Assembly: GCA_010093605.1 (NCBI GenBank)
Contig: MU004186.1
Location: 1,406,616 to 1,470,615, forward strand
Length of the DNA stretch: 64,000 nt
Source of the DNA: Lophium mytilinum
Lineage: Eukaryota
Reading direction: 5' to 3'
The translations under genes were made by a program, and so were the position numbers. The notes beneath the pieces are model-generated. The model saw nothing but the letters and a program-made list of their open reading frames with translations, made no database searches and was not told where the DNA came from. Below are positions 36,677 to 49,092 of this stretch, in pieces (the first letter of the stretch is position 1; each line of letters begins with the position of its first letter).

Positions 36677-37826
36677 TGCGTGGTTTGCGGGTAAAGTCTC
36701 CGGACTTGATCATAGTCGAGAAAGCATTTCGTCTAGATGGATGTATAGAGGCACGTCGTGTAAGGGAGTCGGAAAAACTGGCATGGCGCCTTGGACGCAC
36801 AGGATCCACCGAATGAATCAGTCACTGCATGCACGTGATAGTTCTTGACTCGAGCGACCTTACGCTATGCCGAAGCCATCTATCCGTTTTCGCAAGTCTA
36901 TCTGGAGTCTATCAATATCACTTTGCAGGCCGGCTTGTATGATAACTTCATTTGGAATTACTCGGACACATTCGTGCAAATAAATCACTCACCTTTCTTC
37001 ATCTGACTTTTCGCCTTTATCAGAGTTACAAGACTCCCCGGAGCTAAGAAGAGACATTTGCGGTCTACCGAAAGCTCTGCCCAAACTGTTTAATCCACAT
37101 TAGTCCCCTACGAAGATTGACTCAGCCACAATTGGCGGAACGACGTCTATCGCGCATCGCATGAGGGGAATCCGGCCTTGAATAAGCTTTCTGTAGCATG
37201 CAAGAATCGTCAAGCTTCAAGATAGGAAGCATATTTCGAAAAGCGAGCAAATCAAAAGAGCCCGGGACGCTGTCTTACGGAGATCCCGTCCGGAACGCTG
37301 GTTTCCGATCCAGGACCCTAGGACTGGGATCAATCCGAGCCGGTAACGCACAAGTGTGGGGACCCCACGTTGTCTTCCCCAAGATGCCGTGGGCCATTCC
37401 GAGTACGGTTACTCTTCTCCATGGTGCCCGGTTGTTGGCGCCCAACTAACAAGGCCTTACAACGCCTTCTATATCTACCTTCAGTCTGGACTGGTGTAGA
37501 CATTTCAAGCTCGTATGTTCATGAATCGAGGATTCTGGCGTCTCAGCTCTCATTGGCCCGGAAGGCCACGGCCTCCTGAAGTCAGAGTACATGTGCCCCA
37601 GCTCTATCACACACTCGGCCTCGTGGCGTTGGATATTCCGCCCAAATGAGGCAAAAGCCGAGAGCCAAACCCGTGAGCATGCGGCACAGTCCAACAGTCA
37701 TGATAGAAACAGTCACGGCGATTCTCGGTATCAGTTCGTGGCGGCCGAGACGACGAGATACATAGGGTCGTCTCCCCTGAATTTGGGACGCCGTTGTGTA
37801 AATTCAGATCAATCACGGGACCGAAA

Positions 37827-39908
37827 ATGGCAGACCTCCATGACAAGGAGATGGGTGTGCACGAGAAGGACACGACCCATCACATCGAAAACTTCGAGAC
37901 CGCGGAGGAGCAGAATGCCTACGCAGTCAAAGGCGACGACTCCGATGGACACATTCCGATGACCCCCAGGCGCTTCATTGCTATGGTCTCTCTCTTGATG
38001 TCCTATGTCGGTGAGTCTTCTCCAGCATGTCGTGTAACGGTGGTGATGTACTAAGACTACTAGGGGCCAATCTTCCCCTCTTCTTCATTTCTGGATCCTT
38101 GACCTTCCTCCAGGCATCCATCAAGAATCCACAGACACAAGGCTGGTCAACGACATCCTATGGTGTAGCTTTAGCTGCCGTGACCCCATTTTCGGGCTAT
38201 CTCCAGGACTTGATCGGCAGACGATATGTCGTCCTTTTAGGCTCCCTTCTGATCTGCATCGGTCTAGCAGTTATTGGCTCCTCCCACCGTTTCCTGCAGT
38301 TAATTTTTGGCTGCGTTATCACCGGCATAGGAGCAGGTATCACTGAGATCACGTCTACCGCAGGGTATGTATCCTCCGGACATTCACTCGGCACCCGGCA
38401 AAACGGAGGCGAGATTAGGCGAGATATTTGACTAACCTATTTGGACTAGACTCGCTGAAGTAGTCTCGGTAAAGCATCGTGGATACACCCTTGCTCTGCT
38501 CTATGCCTTCATTCTCCCATTCGCGCCGTATGTCCTTTATGCGCAATTGCTTGGAGAGCATGCCACATGGCGGTGGTCCATATGGCTGGCGTTGATCTAT
38601 AATGCTGTTGCGCTGGCTGGGCTTGCCTTCTCTTACTTCCCCAGATCTCACCTCCGCGCTGAGGGAGTACGACGCCGAGATCTTGCTAGGGAGGTCGACT
38701 TCTTTGGAGGGTTCTTGTCGACCGCGGGCATCGTTCTCTTGTATGGCCACCCTGCGCACTTTGACAATTCCCTCAGAATGACACTGATCTTTTCATCGTA
38801 GTCTCGTCGGCCTCCAAAGTGGTGGCACTATTTGGCCTTGGAAAAATGGCAAGGTCATTGCACCCATGGTAGTTGGTCTCGTCCTGATCTTTGCCTTCAT
38901 CATCTGGGAGTGGAAGGGCGCAAAGTACCCTATGGTGCCGCCAGCTATATTCAAAGGCCAGCGAATCGTCGGTGCCTGTATGGTGACCGCCTTTGTGGTC
39001 GGTATGAAGTAAGTGTCCAACGGGACATCTTTCTTGGGATTCCAGGACTAATACAACGTAGTCTCTACGCAGTCCTAAACTTCATGCCCCTCATGTTCGC
39101 CACCGTATACGATCCTGACCCAATGCATGTTGGCTTGAAGGCTCTAGCTTTTGGCTTCGGTCAGACAGTTGGCGCAACAGTCATGAACGTGCTCATGTCG
39201 GTATTCAAGAACCACCAACGGGAGAACCTTCTGAGCTCCTGCTTCATCATGAGTACGCGGTCCTCTCTAGACCCCATATCCCTTGCTGGCCGCTAACATC
39301 CCCACTCTCAGCCGTCTTCATCGCCGCCCTCGCAGCCGTGACCCCCGACAACGCCAAAACTGTCATCGCTCTCACCGCCCTCGCCGGCTGGGGCGTCGGC
39401 GGCATCATCGCGCCCATCGCGACCGTCGCACTCTCCGCAACACCCGACTCCTTCCTCGCAACCGTGATCTCGCTCATCAACGCCCTCAAATTCCTCGGCG
39501 GCTCCATCGGCTATAGCATCTACTACGCCATCTTCTCCGGCAAGCTCAAGGTCAAGCTACCCGCGACCGTCGCCGCCTACGCCATCCAAGCCGGCCTACC
39601 TCTCACCTCGGTCGAGGGTTTCGTTGGCATATTCTTGACAGACCCGACCAAGTTGGCGACTACGCCGATTCCGGGCCTGACGCCGGCGGTGATTGCGGCG
39701 GCTTCGAGCGGGCTGCGGTGGGCGTACGCGGATAGCGTGAAGTTTGTATGGTATACCACGATTCCGTTTGGGGTTATTTGCATTGGCGCGGTGCTGGTGA
39801 TGGGGAATACGAGGAAGTATCAGACGAATAGGGTTGCTGCTGTAAGTATATTCTTTTTTGGTGCTTACCTAGGACATTCTTACTAATATGTCGCAGGCTC
39901 TGGAGTAG
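37827..39908 (+). CDS. MFS efflux transporter, TRI12 (trichothecene pump)-like family; ~6 introns
   Basis: GYLQDLIGRRYV, AEVVSVKHRG, ATWRWSIW, DFFGGFLS, WEWKGAKYPMVP, GGSIGYSIYYAIF and AYADSVKFVWYTTIPFG. Confidence 0.9.
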
Positions 39909-42219
39909 ACGAAATCGAATGACAGACGCGAGATGGCAATGATAGATTGACCGCATCACTGCATCGAGACTCTCTCGTCGACTCGTTGTAGCAGCTGAGC
40001 TTTGTTGAAGGTCGCTGATATAGATTGCCTTTGTCGGAAAATCGTACTATATTGTAGTCTGAATGTACATACCTTCATTATGACTCTTCCTGCAAAAGTC
40101 GGACTTCCACTCCTGCTCCATTGTGCTACCATGAAGTGCACCCCATTACCTCTGGTTCCACGAGCGAGTGCCCAGAGTTGAGACTCGAAGTCCTCGCCCT
40201 GGCAATGGAGGACATTGGGTGTCTCTGGGCCGACAATGCGAGGAATTTCGTTTATTCTCACAGCCCTGAGTACCTCAACATCAACCGCGAACGCTTCGCA
40301 CTTAAACCACACACACTCTGAATCACGGCCTCAGGTTTCAGCAGTATCGTCAGTCCTAGAAGCCTGCATTGAAACATTGAAGGGTTTGATCATTTACCAC
40401 ATTTGCTGAATCGTGGGGTCCGGGCAATTTCCGCATCTCGTCTCCCTAAAATACTTACAAAGCCAGAACAGTACTTCGGATTCGCTCTGCCTTGGAAGTC
40501 AGGATGATCGGAAGCTTCATACACCACAAGGTCCAATACGGATACGGTCAATACTTCGCTGATCCTGAGGCTGCAACGCCCTTTTTGCCCTACAACACAA
40601 CCCCTGCACCTTATCATATGCACCCCACGCATCCAGACCAGGGTTGAAAGTCGAGTTCGTGCACAGACCCTCGTTTAAAGCTATTCTGGGGGATGTGGCT
40701 TTTTCGGCACCCACGCACCCAACCTCCTCGCCGTGGAGACCTGAAACGCCGCCGCCCGCTCGCCTCACGCAGGCGGCGAGACAAAACGGTCCAAGAAATG
40801 CGGGCTGGCGATGATTCGGGTGACGACGGCATGCCGATTTCGTGAAGTGCGGGATTGAGTTGGGCTCGAGCGGCTGAAGTGAGGGATGCGCCGTGGGGGA
40901 GGGAGCTGGGAACGCGTAAGTTCTCTCAACCGTACGGTTCTAAAGTAGGATTTTGACGATTTGGGGATTCTTTCGTGACTTGTTCATACGCTCGGGTGTG
41001 AAGGTGAGTCGGAACTGACTTACTGCAGAGGCTGAATGCGCCGTCACCGACTTCAACTCCCACGTCGTGAGAGCGGCGCGGGATGACGAGGTCGGAGAAG
41101 GTAGCGGGACCCTCAAGCACGAAATACATCCGGAACAAAAATAGCCAAGTCGTAGTTCGGGTACATCTGACAGCTCCCGCCGGCGACCACATTTGGGTGA
41201 CCGGATAGTCTGGCGAACTCGAAACGTCGATCGCTGGCTTGCGTCCACGGAAGTCTGAGATCGAACTTCACGGCGCCAAATCCTATAGGCCAATGCGACG
41301 ACTGCCGTGCGGGTGCAGAGGCATCCCGCACTGGTTACACCTGAAGTGGGTAAGTTATGCGGGCCAGCGGGCCAGCGCTGTCCGCTCCAGCGCTGAGGCA
41401 TGCCGCCTACAGCGGGCGCATGCGTCTGGGATGAAGGGGCGCGGTGTGCCCGCAGACGACGTAGGGCGACACTAAGGAAACAGGTCACATGACCGTGGTT
41501 CTGAAACACTCCGAGACCGCCGCTCCCCCAATCCGCTCGCCATGCTGATGGTCCAACCAGGCGGAAGCCCAATAGCGAGATGTACATGAGGTCCCTTTTC
41601 TTGCCGCCCTCCTAAGGTCGCCGCCCCTCTCGTTGGCGGCCCAATGGTCGTCAGCATACCATTTTTACGTTGGCCTTAGGATTCCAGTGTCGCCGTCTCG
41701 TGGGGATGTTGTGAGAGAGACGCATGTGACGCCTGCGGATGCGAAGTGGTGCGTTGTTCAGTGATAATGGGAGTGTTTGCCTTCTTTGCTAGTTGTTTTA
41801 TAATGTGTTGTTGAGGTCCCGGCGAGCGATTGAACGTCTCTCCCATTGCACACTTCAAATTCTTGCGTCTTTTCGTTGTGCTCGCCTGCTTCTCCAACCC
41901 ACTCTCCAAACGTCGCTTCCGTTCATTGCTGCTTGCTGCTTGCTACTAGTTGTGCAAGTCGAAACGTTGGACTGGATCTCCATTCTCATTTGCTTTCTTC
42001 TTGAATCAACCCCATGGGTCTTCGCGTAGATATGCAGTACTGCGGACAGTACCAATATGTCTCGTAGGTCTCATCCACTCTCTGTAACCGGCGTGGACAT
42101 TCTGCTGATTTTCTTCGCACAGGTATGATCCTATTTCTCAAGTCGCATCAATCAAACGAGCCACCAATCCTCCCACAACAGCACTCAAAGCCTCAGAGCC
42201 GTCTAGCAAAAGGGGAGCT

Positions 42220-42468
42220 ATGTTTTCCGAGCAAAATCGAGTACCGTTCAGCGCTCAGAACTTGCGCGTCCACGAGGACCGATCATCGGTAGACCCGGTG
42301 GAAGAAATTGAAACCACCGCCAAGCGACTTGAACGCGCTGCGAAAGATTTAGGATTTGACATGCCGACTAATTGGCGGGCCGGCGGACTGGATGGCTATG
42401 GGCAGCTTCCGCTAGATCGGTGGCTCGGAGGATCAGATGGTGTTCCTAATTATTCAGGAAGGACCTGA
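42220..42468 (+). CDS. Possible small hypothetical protein (82 aa)
   Basis: ATG-initiated ORF with protein-like composition; no motif recognised. Confidence 0.3.
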   Translation: MFSEQNRVPFSAQNLRVHEDRSSVDPVEEIETTAKRLERAAKDLGFDMPTNWRAGGLDGYGQLPLDRWLGGSDGVPNYSGRT

Positions 42469-42703
42469 AATGAACCATAATTTGACATTGGGCTGCGCAA
42501 GTGGTGGCCAAAATTTTGAAAAGTCTCCGGGATTTGGCGTTAAGAAGGGGCGTCCTAATGATATGTTGGAGATTGGCCTGGCAAAGGTGGATAAGTCGTG
42601 AAGGAGAGACGAAGAACCGGCTGATTTAGAGTGCGCGGGCGCCAACTCGGGGATCGGTGCGGTGTTTATGTAGCGGCTGCTCGTAATAATATGGCTTTCT
42701 TTC

Positions 42704-44146
42704 TTACCATTCAGGTTTGTCACTTCCCAGCGGCTTGGGCATGATATCCCAGCCCACATTCACTCCTTCAATTACCGCCGAATGTTTCACCGCTTTCAGC
42801 GACCCAAATCCGCTTTCCCGCGTTTCCAAATACTCTTCAACTTCTCCGGGGCTCGAATAGTCAGTGCACTCGAACCCTGTTCTTCCGGGATCTTGCCCCA
42901 AGCTCCTGAGGTACTTCCCAACGCTCGCTAACGATACGTCAACCTCGTAGATGCCGTCTCCGGTTTCACGTTTGTACAAGGCAGCCATGATACCTGTAGC
43001 AAGAAGATATCCACCGGCGTGGTCCAGAGCTTGGCAAGGTGTTGGTCGAGCCAGCTCCCCGCTGCCATAGTGCTCCGCCTCAGAGACGTTCATGCCAGAG
43101 CATGTTTGCACGAGGGAGTCGAACCCTCGGTAGTAGGCCCATGGGCCGTCGGGTCCATATGCCGACATGTTACCTATCACTATGTTCGGATTGATGGCGA
43201 TGATGTCTGCGGTCGAGAGGCCATGGGATGCAAGGCTACCAGGTCTGTACCCTTGGAGGAACACATCTGCCGTGCGGAGCAGGTCGACCAGCTTGGCCTT
43301 CTCTTTTGGGTTGTTCATGTCGAGTTGAACGGTCCGTTTCCCTCGTCCAAGGTCACGGTCTAGGGCGGGAAGATCGGGGAGATTGGGCGAAGTTACCCAT
43401 ATCACGTCGGCACCGTGTGCCGCGAGAGTTTTTCCTGCTAGTGGCGCTGCAATCACTCTGCTCATCTCCACTACGCGTAAGCCGCGAAGGCATTTGTCGG
43501 CTCCTGCCCTAGACGATATGAATTCTGGGGCAGCGCTGGATAGCCTCTTCAAGGTGACTGGAAATTCGGATATCGCTTTAGCCTGTGGTGATATATCCCA
43601 TTGCTTGTACGATCGAAGTGCGGAGATTACAAGTCCCTTCTCAGCCCCCTCTTTCTCCAGATCAGTTGATTTCCACTTCAGAGTCTGACTTGATACATCG
43701 CTCTTTGAGGCAGTCGGAGGCAACCCCAAGAGCTTCAATGCGCCTTCACGATGTTTGGGAAAGTTGTCATGAATCCGGACGTACCCGTCCGACGTCTTGT
43801 GAAGGCCGCCAATGGGTCCCCACGGAGAGGGCATAGGCTTCCCATCTAACAAATAGAGGCGTTCCGATTTGAATTCGATAACTGCATGAGTTAAGGGGAC
43901 TGTGACCTTGGGTACTGCTGACTGTTGGCGATTCGAGTAGACAAGCGCGGCTGTCAGGGCAGATAGTCCTATAGCACTTTGGGCAAGATGCCCAATCTTG
44001 AAGGAAGACGGCAATCCGAGTCCATGACCCTCTAGTGAGAGAGACTTGAGAGCATGTTCAGGTAATTGAAGGCCGTTCCATATGTAAGACACAGTGTCCT
44101 TCGCGAGGAAGGCTTCTCTGTTTGGAACAAGGCTTGCACTCTCCAT
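42704..44146 (-). CDS. CoA-transferase family III (CaiB/BaiF)
   Basis: LRGLRVVEMSRVIAAPLAGKTLAAHGADVI, GRGKRTVQLD, ADVFLQGYRPG, RGFDSLVQ and QALDH. Confidence 0.95.
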   Translation of the reverse strand: MESASLVPNREAFLAKDTVSYIWNGLQLPEHALKSLSLEGHGLGLPSSFKIGHLAQSAIGLSALTAALVYSNRQQSAVPKVTVPLTHAVIEFKSERLYLLDGKPMPSPWGPIGGLHKTSDGYVRIHDNFPKHREGALKLLGLPPTASKSDVSSQTLKWKSTDLEKEGAEKGLVISALRSYKQWDISPQAKAISEFPVTLKRLSSAAPEFISSRAGADKCLRGLRVVEMSRVIAAPLAGKTLAAHGADVIWVTSPNLPDLPALDRDLGRGKRTVQLDMNNPKEKAKLVDLLRTADVFLQGYRPGSLASHGLSTADIIAINPNIVIGNMSAYGPDGPWAYYRGFDSLVQTCSGMNVSEAEHYGSGELARPTPCQALDHAGGYLLATGIMAALYKRETGDGIYEVDVSLASVGKYLRSLGQDPGRTGFECTDYSSPGEVEEYLETRESGFGSLKAVKHSAVIEGVNVGWDIMPKPLGSDKPEW

Positions 44147-44666
44147 AAGGCTGTCTCGTTTAGGATGCTTCGACGGACATTCTTATGATTAAACTAACTG
44201 CGTGTACTGTTTCGTTACCAAGGAGCTGGGTAGACTTTCGGGCTATATGATGAGTGTGGAGGATTGAGGGCCTGTAACGAATGAATTGCAAATGTCTAAC
44301 TAGAGCCTTCTGCGAACTCTGAACAAGGACTTTGCCACGGCAGCACTGGGCCATCCGACGAGTGAACGGATTGTAGGTGTGAGATGATGAAGGGTCTGCG
44401 CCGATGCATGCCGCCTCGTCTCCTTGATTCCGGCTAGTTCAACGCTATACTTAAACTAGGCTTAGTATATATTATGTAAGCTTTGTTAATCTTACCTGTG
44501 TCGCCTTGACGCGGCTCAACCTCACACACCTGCACAGTATTTGGTGTGCCCTAACGTCCTATCATAGGCGTCATGCACAACGGCGGCGGAAGTCTCCCAA
44601 GGTAGACCTGACCCGTAGGGTTGCGAGTCGTCCTCTGGGATCATATATATAGGACCCCGCAAAGTT

Positions 44667-46886
44667 CTATACGACTGTGAAAGACGCCTCCTGGGCTTGC
44701 CGAAACCACCGCAAATACCTGCTGAATCTATCTCCGCGTACCGTCTTTGTAAAGAGGCCAAGTCTCGAAAACGTACCTCCCGGTAACGAACGCAATGCCA
44801 GTCCAAAGAGGGTAGGATATAGCCCACTCTCGCTAGGAAAACTACGGTAACCAAATAGCACAAGACGAGCTTCAATGCCGGTTGTCGGGTCTTCCAAGAA
44901 ATCAGTCTCCAATGCATCTGGACTAAATCTGATGGCAGTGCTTTTCAAACCCGAGGAGGTCTGGTTGAGATCCCACTCTTCATCCGAAAAATCGACGCCA
45001 GCAGCTACGAGCGTGTCGGCCGACCCAAAAATGCCTTCTCGATACCAGATGGCATGCTGTGCAACACCTCGGAGCACTAGTTCTCCTGATTCGACCGCGC
45101 CATAAGGCGAGTTCTCGTCAAGAAGTGATACTTGGCAACCTTGGACTTGAACCTCGAAGTGGAAGTCCTTCAAGTCTGTGGACGCTCCCCACTGCGGGTC
45201 GTACTTCACACGTCCAGCAATTGCTGCCCATGACCAGCTCGGAGCCGATACTTGGTCCTGTGGTGGTCTTGGCGTCAGAGAGTCGTGATAAATATTCGGA
45301 TTTGACCAAAGCAAGCAGGCAGGCATTGCCGATCTCCAAAGGCCCGCGAGGTACTCTTGAATGAGAAAGCGTCCAAAAGACTCCGCCAGTCCCGCTATAG
45401 CAGGGAGTTTATCTGACGGAAAACTCAGCGTTCTGGCCGAGAATCCTGCTGTAATTTTCATCCAGTTCTCAAGAATATCCTGCTGTGAGCACTGTCCGGT
45501 GATGAGTCTGGAAATGAGGTGAGGATCAAGCCCAAAAGAGCCATACGCGTTGTCCAACGCCTGGCTGCTCCAGCCGTCACCGGAAACAAAGCCCTGATCC
45601 GTCCGGCAGTTCCACTGTGTCCGAAGAGACCCGAAATCGAGAACACGATTTGATAGCACTCGCTCTTGGAAGGTCCATCCTCGCAAGTCCAAGGGCTCGG
45701 TGGCCTCAGACGTCAATGGAACCAGTGTCAATGAACCGTACTGACCATCTGCGCACTGGCAAAGGAGCGAGAAGACCAGCCCAGGAAGGTTAGAGCCGAG
45801 GGCTTGCCTTTCGTCTAGGAATCCATCCCAAGCAGTCTTAGCCCGGGAAGCCGCAATTGTTACTGCTGCACTTCCGTAAATCCTACGCATCTGAGCTATC
45901 TCGTTCGACTGATCCTCATTGTCGTTTTGGACTATGCATAAGGAGTCGATCCATATATACGCCAAACCAAGTTGCTCCGTGATGTAAAGGGCATCTTGAA
46001 GAGTCTGTGGCAGGCGTGCAAGCGCAATTTCCTCCTTGTACCGAGAGATTGTTTCGGTAGTAGTCTTGAAAATTTGATCGCCACCCCAGCAATAAGATAG
46101 GGCAGCGTAGTCCTCAACTTCACCTTGCGGCGGTTCACAAAGCCGATAAGTGGCAATGCTCCCGTGGCGAAGAACTTGAATTAGCCTAGTTGGCATGAAT
46201 CTATCAGCACTTAGGCGCTGGCAAGTATCATGGCTCTCCAAACATGTTTGCAGCCAGCTTTTTGCTGTGCTCAGCACGGAAGGTGATCCAGGAGTTGGGT
46301 TAACGGGTTGGTTGTCAAGTGTTCGTACTGCTGGATTATCTACCAAAGCTACCGTGAGCACGGAAATGTCGATTAACTGAGTTAGGGAAAACGGACCTGA
46401 GGCAGTCAACATAGTGTAAACATTGTCACCGCGTTCTTCGGTTTCTTCCCCCAAAAGGTTCTCCCATCGCAGCAAGTCAAGGTCTAAGATACCAAGTTCT
46501 AGACTATACGGGGTTGTTATGTTTGCGCCAATAGCAAAATTTGATGGCAGATACTCGTCTAGTTCCAGACAAGTTATTATGCGACGAGAAAGGGAACAGC
46601 CGTCCCGCGAGTATTGCTTTAGCTCATCTACGCTGGCGGCCCAAAACGAGATCCCTTCTGTGACTCGATAAAACTCTTCGTGCGACTCTTCCAGCTTCGC
46701 AGACCGGAAATTATACCCAAATATCTTGGTTGCTAGATCTTCTTGGCTTTTATTCGGTTGCAGCCAAATCGGCTTGTCGTTGCGAATTGGCCCAGGCTCG
46801 TCGTAAAGATAAATCATAAAGCGGCGGCAATGCTCGCATGAATGTGCGGGCGAAACACCTAGTGGCTGACGGCTTGTTTCTGGCAT
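44667..46886 (-). CDS. HET-domain (heterokaryon incompatibility, TOL-like) protein; probable in-frame intron ~46342-46398
   Basis: PTRLIQV, YAALSYCWGG, LPQTLQDA, YIWIDSLCIVQ, MRRIYGSA, RGWTFQERVLS, DKLPAIAGLA, YLAGLW and APSWSWAA. Confidence 0.93.
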   Translation of the reverse strand: MPETSRQPLGVSPAHSCEHCRRFMIYLYDEPGPIRNDKPIWLQPNKSQEDLATKIFGYNFRSAKLEESHEEFYRVTEGISFWAASVDELKQYSRDGCSLSRRIITCLELDEYLPSNFAIGANITTPYSLELGILDLDLLRWENLLGEETEERGDNVYTMLTASGPFSLTQLIDISVLTVALVDNPAVRTLDNQPVNPTPGSPSVLSTAKSWLQTCLESHDTCQRLSADRFMPTRLIQVLRHGSIATYRLCEPPQGEVEDYAALSYCWGGDQIFKTTTETISRYKEEIALARLPQTLQDALYITEQLGLAYIWIDSLCIVQNDNEDQSNEIAQMRRIYGSAAVTIAASRAKTAWDGFLDERQALGSNLPGLVFSLLCQCADGQYGSLTLVPLTSEATEPLDLRGWTFQERVLSNRVLDFGSLRTQWNCRTDQGFVSGDGWSSQALDNAYGSFGLDPHLISRLITGQCSQQDILENWMKITAGFSARTLSFPSDKLPAIAGLAESFGRFLIQEYLAGLWRSAMPACLLWSNPNIYHDSLTPRPPQDQVSAPSWSWAAIAGRVKYDPQWGASTDLKDFHFEVQVQGCQVSLLDENSPYGAVESGELVLRGVAQHAIWYREGIFGSADTLVAAGVDFSDEEWDLNQTSSGLKSTAIRFSPDALETDFLEDPTTGIEARLVLFGYRSFPSESGLYPTLFGLALRSLPGGTFSRLGLFTKTVRGDRFSRYLRWFRQAQEASFTVV

Positions 46887-47280
46887 GGTGTAGAAGTATG
46901 CAGAGTTGACCGATGCTTCGATGAGTGCAGGTACTTACGCCGGCGGAGGAGATTATACCCCAACGCAAGTTCCAGGGAAAACCCTCTCCGAAAATGGACG
47001 TTTGTAATGCCGTTTCGTGGGGGCCTTTTCCCGCCATGCCAAGAGCACAGCGCTGGCAGGCTGGTACGACCTCTAGAATATTTCAGCCTGGAACCCCGCT
47101 CTTAGAAAACATGTGCTGTTCTTCTATAGAATCTACCGTGGAATGCTCCTTCATATGCTACATTAGCCTATTCCTCTCGATTCCTTATTCTACCGCCCAT
47201 TAATAGGCAAGTATTGGATCTGGGCTTATCCCCTGCTTGATCATTGCGGGTAGTTCTATGCTGCGCACTCCAGAGTTATC

Positions 47281-47427
47281 GCCAATAGGTAGCCAGATTT
47301 CTACTGCGACGATATTGACATCACGTCTATGATTTTGAAAGACCATGGGGGGACCCCATGCAGTGCCAGCCTAGTGCGCATATCGATGAGCAGTACGCTA
47401 CGAATCAAGTCAACGATTTCTGCAGCA
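47281..47427 (-). repeat. Dispersed diverged copy of 17101-17262 (kinase-like relic)
   Basis: CAATAGGTAGCCAGATT..TACTGCGACGAT..GTCTATGATTT..CAGTGCCA..GTGCGCAT..GATGAGCAGT..GAATCAAGTCAACGATTTC is shared by both copies. Confidence 0.85.
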
Positions 47428-47803
47428 CGTGAATCATATTGCGCGCGATTTATGTTTGCTCGCTTCACACCAGTTGAGGAGTGGCCCCGCTCGCCGCTAG
47501 CTTTTCAGTCAAAGAGTAGTCTGATTTCCACTACTTCGACCTTTACATGGCGCTGCCGACACTGTTCTTTTACCATGCACTCGCACGCCCTGGTTCCACT
47601 CCTTCTGCGTGCGCCGCTCCCGTGTAAGCTCATGTATACACTACTGCACGAGCCCTAGTGTCGCAGGGGTTTTGCTGTGCCGCATACGCCAAGCCTGCAT
47701 AGCTCCGCGAAGCTTGCATCTGCCAAAGAGTTCAACTTACGTTTTATCCACTTCATTACCTACATAGCGCCTCAGCAAAATCATCTCAGGAGCACTCTCA
47801 AGG

Positions 47804-48693
47804 ATGACAACCGACCGCGAGAAGATACAAAAATTCGGTCAGCTCCTTCGGGAGTCCAAATATGTCCTCGCCTTACTGGGCGCTGGGCTGTCGGCCTCGT
47901 CTGGCGTACCAACATTTAGCGGCGTGGGAGCGAGCTGGAGGGGAATAGAAGCAAAGACGCTGGCGACAAGGGACGCATTTGCGAAAGATGCTCGACTAGT
48001 TTCTGAGTACTACAGGGAAAGGCAGCAGACAGTGGTGGCTGCAGCTCCGAACAGAGGCCATGTAGCGCTTGCGGAGCTTGCTAAGGCAAAACCGGGGTTT
48101 CTTGCCATCACCCAAAATATCGATGGTGCGTCCGTTCCCAAGCTTCAGAACAGCCATTGTCTGACAGTTTGGCTTTAGATTTGTCGCAAAGAGCCGGTCA
48201 TCCACCTGCACAACTTGCTTGTCTCCATGGATCGTTATTTGCCACGAAGTGTTTCGATGAGGACTGTTCGTTTTTCGAGCCGTATGGTCTCAGACTGACG
48301 CAGGCCGACGTACAATCCATCCCTTACCCGCCGGGTTGTCCAGTTTGCGGTTCATCCTTCCTGCGTCCTGGAGTGGTATTGTTCGGAGAACTACTACCTG
48401 AAGCTACATTGGACTACATAGATGCCTGGATTGATATGGTTCCAACCATAGATGTCATGCTCGTTGTTGGCACGACAGCGAACCTCTCTCGGAGCGCGGA
48501 GTTTATTGATATAGCAAGGGAGAAGGGCGCAATCATTGCTCACTTCGACCTTGCCACACATGAGGACTTACAGGAACCTGAAGATTTGATATTCCCGGGA
48601 GACGCTGCGGAGACTCTACCTGCGGTCATTGGAGAAGCACTGGCCTTCATGAGCATAAAACCAGATTCAACTGGCGGTCCCAGCTCCTCCTAA
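47804..48693 (+). CDS. Sir2-family NAD-dependent deacylase (class III, SIRT5/CobB-like); intron ~48126-48178
   Basis: LLGAGLSASSGVPTF, TQNIDDL, LHGSL, Zn-binding Cys pairs, LRPGVVLFGE and VVGTT. Confidence 0.9.
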
Positions 48694-48713
48694 GCTATTC
48701 ACATATGCAACTA

Positions 48714-48940
48714 CAGTTACAGGCCACAAGTCTGGGCACACTAGCTCGACACCGCATGGGGTTCCCCCACAGGATTTCGAAGATCCAAGGGTGATGTCGA
48801 GGTTCAAGCAGTGCAGATTGGACTACCTCTTGACTAATTGGCTTCTCAACAGCCAGGGTACCCCCGACAGTGGTGTCGAGTGAGTAAGTTGGAGCCAAGC
48901 TGTAATGAGTCTATGTGCCCAGACTTGTGGCTTAGTACTG
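48714..48940 (-). mobile_element. 227-bp MITE, best-preserved copy, TA TSD
   Basis: TA|CAGTTACAGGCCACAAGTCTGGGCACA ... TGTGCCCAGACTTGTGGCTTAGTACTG|TA. The reverse complement of the interior matches the 35840 copy. Confidence 0.85.
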
Positions 48941-49092
48941 TAATTCAGTTGCTCCACTTAAGCAAGTAATGGAGTGCATTTGCGCGGGAATATTGCTGAG
49001 CGAGAGCTACTATTGCAGACGGGACTTCTTTTTTAGCGAGCAAACCTTTTTACCAGAGCTTCATAGCTTTATGGAGATATTGAACACGAGAT

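Noticed and set aside
39950..42060. Overlapping minus-strand ORFs (e.g. 40940-41587) as a gene
   Set aside because: Non-ATG starts, interrupted frames and no motifs; possibly a decayed gene but unsupported.
32744..44146. SDR + GGCT + TRI12 MFS + CoA-transferase as a secondary-metabolite cluster
   Set aside because: No PKS, NRPS, terpene synthase or cluster regulator, and the genes are widely spaced among unrelated ones.
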